NCBI GenBank assembly: GCA_030433125.1
Contig: JAUIKZ010000001.1
Coordinates: 1 to 36,389 of the forward strand
From: Alphaproteobacteria bacterium
GTDB lineage: Bacteria; Pseudomonadota; Alphaproteobacteria; UBA6184
DNA length: 36,389 bases
Reading direction: 5' to 3'
The notes under the pieces are model-generated. The model saw only the letters and a program-made list of their open reading frames with translations. It searched no databases and was not told the origin of the DNA. This document shows, piece by piece, positions 17,933 through 25,702 of this stretch. Position 1 is the first letter of the stretch, and every line of letters begins with the position of its first letter. The position numbers and the translations under genes are program-made.

Positions 17933-17951
17933 CTAATTTAAGTCAAGTTCG
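17890..17951 (-). repeat. copy F of repeat family (short form), forming the inverted partner of copy A
   Basis: The minus strand reads ccgaacttgacttaaattagatgctcactctatgtcctcccacccgacttccgcaaaaaatg. The gaacttg module lies at 17949-17943. cccgacttccgcaaaaaatg lies at 17909-17890, a 19/20 match to 17300-17318 in inverted orientation. Confidence 0.55.
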
Positions 17952-18361
17952 GCTGCCAGGCCTTCGAGCCATTTAATTGTATCCCCATCGTAAGAAGCAA
18001 CTTTCAGCTCATCTTCATTAAGGTTCGCCCGGCCCTTAAGCTCCTCAACAATGGTTTCTTTGAGCATGTATATGGCTCCAAATGTGGCCACCGCTTCTTT
18101 TACACTAACAAGAGTGTTGTTTAAAATCTTGTCGATCAAAGGGCTAGCGATTTTGTTAATACCCTCACCTAACTTATGTAGAAAATCCTCGCGTTGTAGT
18201 CTCTCCCCCACTTCTGCATTGCGATTGGTAAGGCGTTTTTTTATACACGCCACAAAGTCTTTATTCGGCTCAATCTCGTTAATATTTAGATTTGCCTCAG
18301 CTGCACGGAGCGCTGGAAGCGTTGCAGCCAAACCGGCCACAATTATCAAATTTTTAAACAT
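17933..18361 (-). CDS. orphan secreted protein
   Basis: I prefer the start at the ATG 18359-18361 (MFKNLIIVAGLAATLPALRAAEA signal peptide), with AAGGA 6 nt upstream. The track start at 18388 adds 9 residues. The last codons and the stop lie inside repeat copy F. Confidence 0.55.
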   Translation of the reverse strand: MFKNLIIVAGLAATLPALRAAEANLNINEIEPNKDFVACIKKRLTNRNAEVGERLQREDFLHKLGEGINKIASPLIDKILNNTLVSVKEAVATFGAIYMLKETIVEELKGRANLNEDELKVASYDGDTIKWLEGLAAELDLN

Positions 18362-18463
18362 GTTCTGTCCTTTGCTTTTGTGCATCATCCAACGGATTAT
18401 GTCTTACAACCTATTATTTGGCATTCTTTCCTGAAATGTCAATATATTATCTATTTTACCCAT

Positions 18464-18492
18464 AAAAAAGAGGCGTTCGGATGACGCCCCTG
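18464..18492 (-). terminator. intrinsic terminator after pntB
   Basis: The minus strand reads aggggcgtcatccgaacgcctc followed by ttttttatggg. The stem is ggcgt/acgcc with extensions, and the element lies 27 nt downstream of the pntB stop. Confidence 0.6.
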
Positions 18493-18518
18493 GTTTTTAG
18501 CTCTTTAGACGAATGCTG

Positions 18519-19916
18519 TTACATCATCTCAAAAGCTTTTACTATTTCCTCCGACACCTTTTTAGCGTCACCAAAAAGCATCATCGTTTTAGGGTTAAAG
18601 AACAACTCGTTTTGGATGCCAGCGTAGCCTACTCCCATAGAACGCTTCACAAACAATATGGTTTTAGCCTTATCCACATCTAAAATAGGCATGCCATAAA
18701 TAGGGCTTGCGGTGTCTGTACGGGCGGCGGGGTTGGTTACATCATTCGCGCCAATCACCAAGGCCACATCCGTGCTAGAAAAGTCACTGTTAATGTCTTC
18801 CAGCTCAAACACATCCTCGTAAGGGATATTGGCCTCTGCTAGCAACACATTCATGTGACCTGGCATACGGCCAGCCACCGGGTGAATAGCAAATTTCACC
18901 TTCACGTCTTTACTTTTAAGAATGTCTACCAGCTCACGAATAATATGTTGCGCTTGGGCCACAGCCATTCCGTAACCGGGCACAATAATCACTGAGCCCG
19001 CTTGCTCCATTAAAAAGGCAGCATCTTCAGCACTACCCGCTTTAACGGCACGTTCTTCGGTGGCGCCATCCGCATTCGTCGCCTCGTCCTCACCAAGCCC
19101 TCCTAAAATTACATTAAAGAAAGAGCGGTTCATGGCTTTACACATGATGTAACTTAAAATAGCACCCGAGGCCCCCACAAGTGCCCCCGTAATGATGAGC
19201 AGCATATTTTGCAAGGTGAACCCAATGCCGGCGGCAGCCCAGCCGGAATAAGAGTTCAGCATAGACACCACCACCGGCATGTCCGCCCCGCCAATAGGCA
19301 GAATTAGCAACACGCCCAAAATAGCCGCACACAAGGTGATAATGGTTAGCACATCCCCTGTTTGAATAAACGTAAAGAGGATGGTCATCACCGCAATCGC
19401 CACACCAAGCGCCCCATTAAAAAGGTGCTGCCCGGCAAAACGTATGGGCTTGGCCGACATTAAGCCTTGCAGCTTCATAAAGGCAATAAAAGACCCCGTA
19501 AAGGTCATGGCCCCAATAAACGCCCCTAAGGACATTTCGAGTAAGCTAAATTTGTTAATGTGACCTGGCGTACCGATGCCAAACGCTGTTGGAGAATAAA
19601 AGGCGGCAAAGGCAACACACACGGCCGCTAAACCTACTAAGCTGTGAAAACCGGCCATCAGCTGGGGGAGGGCTGTCATGTCTATGCGCTTTGCGATGGC
19701 AGTTCCTATAATGGCGCCTGCGGCAATGGTGCCGTATATTAGTAAGGCGCTTTGCCAGGAATGCATGCTAAAAGCAAGCGTTGTTACTACCGCAATCAGC
19801 ATGCCTAATATGCCGTAGCGATTGCCCCTGACGGCCGTTTTAGCAGAGGAGAGCCCGGCGAGTGAAAGGATGAATAAGACACCCGCTACTAGATATAATA
19901 AAATTTTAGTTTCCAT
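18519..19916 (-). CDS. pntB: NAD(P) transhydrogenase subunit beta
   Basis: 465 aa with an N-terminal multi-TM domain. The C-terminal NADP(H)-binding dIII domain carries VPGYGMAVAQAQH and ANDVTNPAA. Confidence 0.95.
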   Translation of the reverse strand: METKILLYLVAGVLFILSLAGLSSAKTAVRGNRYGILGMLIAVVTTLAFSMHSWQSALLIYGTIAAGAIIGTAIAKRIDMTALPQLMAGFHSLVGLAAVCVAFAAFYSPTAFGIGTPGHINKFSLLEMSLGAFIGAMTFTGSFIAFMKLQGLMSAKPIRFAGQHLFNGALGVAIAVMTILFTFIQTGDVLTIITLCAAILGVLLILPIGGADMPVVVSMLNSYSGWAAAGIGFTLQNMLLIITGALVGASGAILSYIMCKAMNRSFFNVILGGLGEDEATNADGATEERAVKAGSAEDAAFLMEQAGSVIIVPGYGMAVAQAQHIIRELVDILKSKDVKVKFAIHPVAGRMPGHMNVLLAEANIPYEDVFELEDINSDFSSTDVALVIGANDVTNPAARTDTASPIYGMPILDVDKAKTILFVKRSMGVGYAGIQNELFFNPKTMMLFGDAKKVSEEIVKAFEMM

Positions 19917-19925
19917 AAGGCAGCC

Positions 19926-20327
19926 CTACTTTTTTTTGTTGAACATGGCGAGCATACGCTGCGTAATAACGAAGCCCCCAAAAATATTAATACTTGCCAG
20001 AAACACGCCAGCTAACCCAAATAGGGTTGACGCACTATTGGCGCTGCTGATAACAGCCACGATGGCTCCTACTACAATTACACTGGAAATGGCGTTGGTA
20101 ACAGACATAAGGGGAGAGTGCAAGGCAGGCGTTACCTTCCACACCACATAATAGCCGATAAACACCGACAGTACAAACACAATAAGCCCCATGGTGGCGG
20201 GGCTCACACCCGAGGCCACATTAGCGATGGCTGTTTCTTCTAAGGTTTGTTGCAAGTGCTCAATTTTGTGTAACCCCTCCCGAAAATGATCGGAAAGCTG
20301 TTGCAATAATTTAGTCGTATCCGCCAT
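19926..20327 (-). CDS. pntAB: NAD(P) transhydrogenase subunit alpha part 2 (membrane part)
   Basis: I prefer the start at the ATG 20325-20327 (MADTTKLL...), 1 nt after the pntAA stop. The track ORF extends to 20417, overlapping pntAA. The product has three TM segments and the split-alpha organisation typical of alphaproteobacteria. Confidence 0.85.
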   Translation of the reverse strand: MADTTKLLQQLSDHFREGLHKIEHLQQTLEETAIANVASGVSPATMGLIVFVLSVFIGYYVVWKVTPALHSPLMSVTNAISSVIVVGAIVAVISSANSASTLFGLAGVFLASINIFGGFVITQRMLAMFNKKK

Positions 20328-20328
20328 A

Positions 20329-21456
20329 TTAAGATTCCTTTTGCTTAAATCGTTCATGCACCACCTCGCCGCCTTGGGTGACAAGGGTTTGTTTATAAAC
20401 CTCATCATCCAAATCAAAGGCTATCTCCTTACCGTTGATGGCAGGGCTTAAGTAGTGAAATATGTTTTGCGCTAATAACTTGCTGGCTTCTGGGGCCACG
20501 CGTGAAGGGAGGTCGGTGTAGCCAGCAATGCTGACAGTGCCCACACGAACGCACTCATCAGGTTTCGTATACTCGCAGTTGCCCCCGGCCTCAGCGGCCA
20601 TGTCGATCACAACACTTCCTGCTGGCATAGCGTTTACCATGTCTTTGGTGATCAGGGTGGGCGCACGCTTCCCCGGCACAAGCGCCGTGGTAATAACGAT
20701 ATTTGTTTTCTTAAGTTCGTTTGCAATAAGCTGTTGCTGCTTCATTTTATAGTCTTCACTCATTTCGGTGGCATACCCGCCCGCATCCTCACTGGCGGCT
20801 TCACTTTTCACCTCAATAAATTTCGCCCCCAAACTTTCCACTTGCTCTTTCACGGCCGGGCGCACATCAAAGGCCGACACTTGAGCACCCAGGCGTTTAG
20901 CCGTGGCAATGGCCTGCAAGCCGGCCACACCGGCCCCCAGCACCAACACTTTTGCCGGGCTAATGAGGCCAGCCGCTGTCATCATCATAGGGAAGGCCCC
21001 TTGGTAAATATTGGCGGCCTCTAACACAGCTTTGTAGCCGGCGAGGTTACTTTGGGAAGAGAGAATGTCCATGTTTTGCGCACGGGAAATACGCGGGATT
21101 AATTCTAAACTGAATGTTTTAAATGAATACTGCGCACACACATTGACGTGTTCCGGGTGCCGCTGCATAAAAAAAGGCCCCACTAAAGCAGCATCTGGCT
21201 TCATCTTTTTCAGCAACTCTGCCGCTGGCAGTTGCATGCTCACCACTACCCGCACCGCAGAACATATTTCTGCCGCGGTGCTATGTATGTGGGCGCCAGC
21301 TTGTTCTAAGTCCTCATCGGATATATTTGCTGAAACGCCAGCCCCCTGTTCTACCCATACGGTAGCACCTTTGTTAATATATTTCTTGACCATTGAGGGG
21401 GTAAGCGTAAACCTTTTTTCGGCGGCGTGAGCCGATTTTAGAAATCCAATTTTCAT
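20329..21456 (-). CDS. pntAA: NAD(P) transhydrogenase subunit alpha part 1 (dI, alanine dehydrogenase-like)
   Basis: It has the Rossmann motif VLVLGAGVAGLQAIATAKRLGA. The start is placed at the ATG 21454-21456 (MKIGFLK); the track start at 21462 is TTG. Confidence 0.9.
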   Translation of the reverse strand: MKIGFLKSAHAAEKRFTLTPSMVKKYINKGATVWVEQGAGVSANISDEDLEQAGAHIHSTAAEICSAVRVVVSMQLPAAELLKKMKPDAALVGPFFMQRHPEHVNVCAQYSFKTFSLELIPRISRAQNMDILSSQSNLAGYKAVLEAANIYQGAFPMMMTAAGLISPAKVLVLGAGVAGLQAIATAKRLGAQVSAFDVRPAVKEQVESLGAKFIEVKSEAASEDAGGYATEMSEDYKMKQQQLIANELKKTNIVITTALVPGKRAPTLITKDMVNAMPAGSVVIDMAAEAGGNCEYTKPDECVRVGTVSIAGYTDLPSRVAPEASKLLAQNIFHYLSPAINGKEIAFDLDDEVYKQTLVTQGGEVVHERFKQKES

Positions 21457-21679
21457 ATACAACCATTTTATAAATTTTTAGCATATTGCTACCGCTTAAT
21501 AAATAATTAACTCGCTTTGGCCCAATTCATAATGCCAGCGCTCTCTTAGCGTCAAAGGGCGCTAGTTTAGTAATGCTTACACCCAAGAATAGTGGCTTGA
21601 TCAGCCGCATTTACAATCGTTAAGAATATATTAAGATATCTCTGATATCATACGTTTGTCTGAATAGGAGAGAGATATT

Positions 21680-22198
21680 ATGAGAACAATCACCCTTACA
21701 CTTACAACTCTTTTAAGCCTGAGCACCCTTCCTAAAGCAAGCGAGTCCATTGGTAGTCACACAGGGAATGTGTCGCAAGAGGCTGTAGCCGCATCGGATG
21801 TTGCCGTAGAACGCGACCTCAATAAAGAAATAAAAAACGAAGGCATTAAACTAGCAGAGGGCGTTTTAGAAAAAGCGTTTGGTGAAATTGAAGAAAAAGC
21901 CAAAAAAGAACTGGCTATCAATGCCCAGCCCAAAAAACGCAAGTGGTGGCACAAAATTCTATGCATCGGTTGGAAGAGCTGCAAAAAAGCGGCTAGCGAC
22001 GCTATTGAAGATGTCGTAGCAGATGGCAAACTCGATGGCCGTGGCAACGGGGGGCGCATCATAAACTATCTAGAAGACCTAAAAGCCGTGATGCGTAACT
22101 CTGTGGAAGAAACACGTAAAGCCCTTGACGATGCAACCCCTAACGTCGAAGAAGAAAGTAAAGACGCCCCGGAAGAATTTAAAGCCGAGGTGATATAA
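21680..22198 (+). CDS. orphan secreted Lys/Glu-rich protein
   Basis: 172 aa with AGGAGAG upstream of the ATG. The signal-like N-terminus is MRTITLTLTTLLSLSTLPKASES. I recognise no family. Confidence 0.55.
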   Translation: MRTITLTLTTLLSLSTLPKASESIGSHTGNVSQEAVAASDVAVERDLNKEIKNEGIKLAEGVLEKAFGEIEEKAKKELAINAQPKKRKWWHKILCIGWKSCKKAASDAIEDVVADGKLDGRGNGGRIINYLEDLKAVMRNSVEETRKALDDATPNVEEESKDAPEEFKAEVI

Positions 22199-22225
22199 TT
22201 ACGAGAAGCGGCCAAGTTCGTTTAG

Positions 22226-22260
22226 AAGCCCGCCACACATTCAAAGCGGGCTTTGTTCAT
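22226..22260 (+). terminator. probable intrinsic terminator after the 172-aa orphan gene
   Basis: aagcccgc (22226-22233) pairs with gcgggctt (22246-22253) around a 12-nt loop, followed by tgttcatt. Confidence 0.45.
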
Positions 22261-22306
22261 TGAAATTTAATGTTTATAACCTATGCTGTAATAAACAAGT
22301 TGAGAG

Positions 22307-23851
22307 ATGGATTTTGACCTAGACTACACATTAGGAGGGCTTTCTTTAGCGGTTATGGTTTTAGCCATAGTCTCGTTAACCCTGAGCGTTTTCCGATGGT
22401 ATCTCGGAAAGAAAGATCATATCCTCTCGTCGGGTTATCAACTCCTTATTACGGTTGGTCTGTTTTATCTGTTGTTAGGACACTTATTTAACATTGTGCC
22501 CCCCGACTATCGCCCCCTTGAAGACGAATTTCGTAAGGCTGTTGGCACAGTGTGGTGGTTATTGTTATGGTATGTGCTCAAGCAAACAATAGATAAGCTG
22601 CTATGGTATGGGCTCTTAGCGGCGGAAAAAGGCCGCTCAGCCGTGCCGCGGTTTATCATCAACGTCTTTAATGTGTTTTTGTTCATTGTGGTGGTTAGCG
22701 TTGTATTGAATACCATTTACAACCAACCCATCGCGCCTCTTCTTGCCACTTCTGGTGCGGCCGCCTTTATATTTGGTTATTCGGCACAATCCACACTCAC
22801 ACAAATCTTTTCAGGTATAAGCCTTAACTTGTCTACCAGCTTTAAAGAAGGCGATACCATCATTGTGAATGACCTTATGGGAATTGTGCGGGAAATGAAC
22901 TGGCGGTGCGTGGTGCTAGAAGACGACAACTCAAATCATATCATTGTGCCGAATGAGCAACTGGCGGGAAACGTGATTTTGAACTGCTCGATTAGCCCAC
23001 CGACCGAGCGCTCCTTAGAGTTTTATGTGCACATTTCCTACCCGCCTGAAAAGGTGGTGGCCCTTGTAAAAGAGGCGGCGCTAAACTGCCCCCACATACT
23101 ACGCACACCCGAGCCCCTTGTGTATGTGCAGCGTTTTAAACGAAGTGGCGTTTTATATGCGCTAGATTATTGCATTACGGATATTTTTAACCGCAAGCAA
23201 ATTCATGGGGAAGTGGCCAGCTTGGTTTGGAACGTCTTACGTAAAAACAATGTGCCCCTCCCATTCGCGCAACAAATTTTGCTCGATCGCTTTGATAAAC
23301 ATCATTATGACTATGCCCCGGAAGACATCACGGCGAGCCAAGCGGCTTTTCAATCGCAATTAAACCAGCTTGCGTTTTTTAAAGGATTTAACAACACAAC
23401 AAAAAAACGTATCGCTGAGCAGGCAACTTACAACGTTTTTTATAGAGGTGAGCGCATTATTGATGAGGGTGAAAACACCCAATCGCTTATTGTGCTGATT
23501 GAAGGGGACGCCGAGGTATTCACACTGAAAGGCACCGAAGAACTGAAACTCGCTACCCTTAACAGCCCTATGGTGGTGGGGGAAATGTCCTTCCTTACAG
23601 GAGAGCCCCGCTCTGCCAGCGTTCGGGCCACCAGCCTTGTGAAAGCCTATGAAATTCCGAAGCACGCCATTGAATCAGCCTTTAAACAGCACCCGGATGC
23701 CATTGATATTTTGGCCCAACGTATGGCTGACTACAAACTTCAGAACGAACAAACGGAAAACAAATACCAAAAAGCCCAAGCGGCCAAAAAGAAAGAAGAA
23801 TATAAATTGGGCTTCCTCGATAGCATTCGCAAACTTTTTAATATGGATTAA
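22307..23851 (+). CDS. MscS-family mechanosensitive channel fused to a C-terminal cyclic-nucleotide-binding domain
   Basis: 514 aa. N-terminal TM helices are followed by an MscS core (LATSGAAAFIFGYSAQSTLTQIFSGISL...FKEGDTIIVNDLMGIVREM). The C-terminal cNMP-binding signature is ...GERIIDEGE......VVGEMSFLTGEPRSASVRA. Confidence 0.85.
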   Translation: MDFDLDYTLGGLSLAVMVLAIVSLTLSVFRWYLGKKDHILSSGYQLLITVGLFYLLLGHLFNIVPPDYRPLEDEFRKAVGTVWWLLLWYVLKQTIDKLLWYGLLAAEKGRSAVPRFIINVFNVFLFIVVVSVVLNTIYNQPIAPLLATSGAAAFIFGYSAQSTLTQIFSGISLNLSTSFKEGDTIIVNDLMGIVREMNWRCVVLEDDNSNHIIVPNEQLAGNVILNCSISPPTERSLEFYVHISYPPEKVVALVKEAALNCPHILRTPEPLVYVQRFKRSGVLYALDYCITDIFNRKQIHGEVASLVWNVLRKNNVPLPFAQQILLDRFDKHHYDYAPEDITASQAAFQSQLNQLAFFKGFNNTTKKRIAEQATYNVFYRGERIIDEGENTQSLIVLIEGDAEVFTLKGTEELKLATLNSPMVVGEMSFLTGEPRSASVRATSLVKAYEIPKHAIESAFKQHPDAIDILAQRMADYKLQNEQTENKYQKAQAAKKKEEYKLGFLDSIRKLFNMD

Positions 23852-24038
23852 ACACAGACCTTGTGTAACGTATGACCCTGCCCCTACGGTAACTATCCAC
23901 CAGCAGCTAACTACACAATTCGCGCCGCACTGATAACGTATTTGTCCATTCACAGACCAGACAAAAAGGGGTAAGCTTGAAGTTTATATAAAATCACACT
24001 ATTAATAAAGATTAATTATTTAGAATAAAGGATTAAAA

Positions 24039-24713
24039 ATGAAACTTTTGAAAACACTTTTACCAGCCGCCTTAGCAATTGGCACAACGATGGCTGCCAG
24101 CGCCTCTAGCGCAAAGCCTTATTTCTCGGGCTTTTACTTAGGCGCTCAAGCAGGAGCACACTACTCTACACTTAAACCAGAAGATGAAACTGCAACCACA
24201 AAAACGGATGAAAAATCCAGTAACTTAATTTTACCAAATTTACACACTCTTATTGGGTACAGATTTGCACCGTCTCCTAACTTCCGCGTTGGGCTGGAAG
24301 CAGAGGGAGTTATATTTTTCACACCTCATCTCCAACTGGGGTTTACCTCTGATAAGCACTTATTTTTTGCAAGCATAGGGTATAACCTTTGGGGGCTTTA
24401 CCTCAAGGGCTACAACAAAAGGCAAAATAATGGCGTGACAACAAAAGATGTAACTGTAAAATCGGCTGAATTCCCTTCATTACTTCAGGGCACAATTGGT
24501 TATGAACATTCTGTGTCAGATCACACGTCTGTACGCTTTTCACTTAGCTGGACACACTATATCTTCCAAGGTCGCAATCCTAATGGAGACCCAGAAGCCT
24601 TCTTAGGAACAAGCCACCCTTTCAGACGTAAAGATAACAGCGCTTTTGAAAGGGCCACTAAAGTCACAATCAACCAGTTTGCACTCAATCTTGGTGTGTT
24701 ATACCACTTCTAA
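24039..24713 (+). CDS. small outer-membrane beta-barrel protein (OmpA-like/opacity-type barrel)
   Basis: 224 aa with signal peptide MKLLKTLLPAALAIGTTMAASASSA. It shows alternating hydrophobic beta-strand patterns and ends ...LGVLYHF with the terminal aromatic residue typical of OMPs. Confidence 0.7.
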   Translation: MKLLKTLLPAALAIGTTMAASASSAKPYFSGFYLGAQAGAHYSTLKPEDETATTKTDEKSSNLILPNLHTLIGYRFAPSPNFRVGLEAEGVIFFTPHLQLGFTSDKHLFFASIGYNLWGLYLKGYNKRQNNGVTTKDVTVKSAEFPSLLQGTIGYEHSVSDHTSVRFSLSWTHYIFQGRNPNGDPEAFLGTSHPFRRKDNSAFERATKVTINQFALNLGVLYHF

Positions 24714-24804
24714 ATGTGCGGCCCCTGCCCTGGGTGGGGGCTTTTGCCCTTCTTCTTTTCACCCCCACTAAGCATCGCAAATCCCGAAGTCGTGAAAACG
24801 CTCT

Positions 24805-24991
24805 CAGTGTGGCTTCAAAAAAATAACACCTTTAGAGCCAATGCATAAAAAAAGGTGTTGACCTTTCAGAAGATGCACCTTCGCCGACGCTGTCTATCGT
24901 GGCAAAGTCTGGTGCGAAGCAGAGGGGGAGCGGTGAAATCGGCCATATGCTTGCCCCCTCCCTTTGCGCTGAAGCTATGATGTGCAGGCAG
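24805..24991 (-). repeat. copy C of dispersed repeat family (reverse orientation)
   Basis: The reverse complement shares collinear blocks with copy B: ctgcctgcaca (24991-24981 vs 34840-34850), ccccctctg (24928-24920 vs 34886-34894), gcaccag (24915-24909 vs 34900-34906) and tttttatgc (24851-24843 vs 34965-34973). The spacing between the last two blocks is 57 versus 58 nt. Confidence 0.55.
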
Positions 24992-25061
24992 CCTCTTCGT
25001 GGGTGCCATCCCTAAAGGTGTCACGAGCAGCCTTCTTCCCAAGCCCTTCGCGCAAAAGTTA

Positions 25062-25523
25062 TTAAGCGCTTTCCTTTTTCTTTTTAGATGGTTTAAATAA
25101 ATTCACAAAGCGTTTAAAAAGGCCAATCTTTTGGGCCCCTGGAAGCGCTTTACCTAGTGTGGTGTCTGCAACATTCGCCATACCGTGAGACATTTCCGTA
25201 AGTTCATTGTCTTGTTCCTCCGCGAGTTGCGCCACTTGTAATGAAAGGTCCGCAAACAGGGCGGCTTGTTCCGTTAGCTTTTCTGACAAGGGCTTTCTGC
25301 TTCGGCACAAATGACATTTACGTTTTTTGAGCGGTGTGCAAGTGCAGCCGTTTTCCTCACGGGCTTTTTGCCGCTTATAGGCGATTTGCATAGGGGTGAG
25401 GTTTGATTCATCGTTCGGGTCATCACCCACGAAAGCTGCCTTTATGTCTTTAAAGCAGCCGCAAAAAGCTTGGCTTGGGGGTGAATAGACCAACAGTATA
25501 CAGAAAATTAATAATCGCTTCAT
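25062..25523 (-). CDS. orphan Cys-rich secreted protein
   Basis: I prefer the start at the ATG 25521-25523 (MKRLLIFCILLVYSPPSQA signal peptide), with GGAG 6 nt upstream. The mature part has clustered Cys (FCGCF, CTCTP, CHLC) and a basic C-terminus. Confidence 0.5.
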   Translation of the reverse strand: MKRLLIFCILLVYSPPSQAFCGCFKDIKAAFVGDDPNDESNLTPMQIAYKRQKAREENGCTCTPLKKRKCHLCRSRKPLSEKLTEQAALFADLSLQVAQLAEEQDNELTEMSHGMANVADTTLGKALPGAQKIGLFKRFVNLFKPSKKKKESA

Positions 25524-25648
25524 CTTACTCTCCTCTTTCTCGATGCACATGTGTGCATTCATATATTAGCAATAAAATATTAAGAAACTATTAACTTTGC
25601 TTAAGCTTTTTGTTAAGAAAGCGCATTTAGCAGGTGAAGGTGTTACAT

Positions 25649-25676
25649 AAAAAAACCAGGACCTGGTTGGTCCTGG
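25649..25676 (-). terminator. strong intrinsic terminator after the XRE/S24 regulator gene
   Basis: ccaggacc (25656-25663) pairs perfectly with ggtcctgg (25669-25676) around a 5-nt loop. On the minus strand the stem is followed by seven T (25655-25649). Confidence 0.8.
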
Positions 25677-25702
25677 CTGAGAGTTTAGAGAGGGCTAAAG
25701 AG

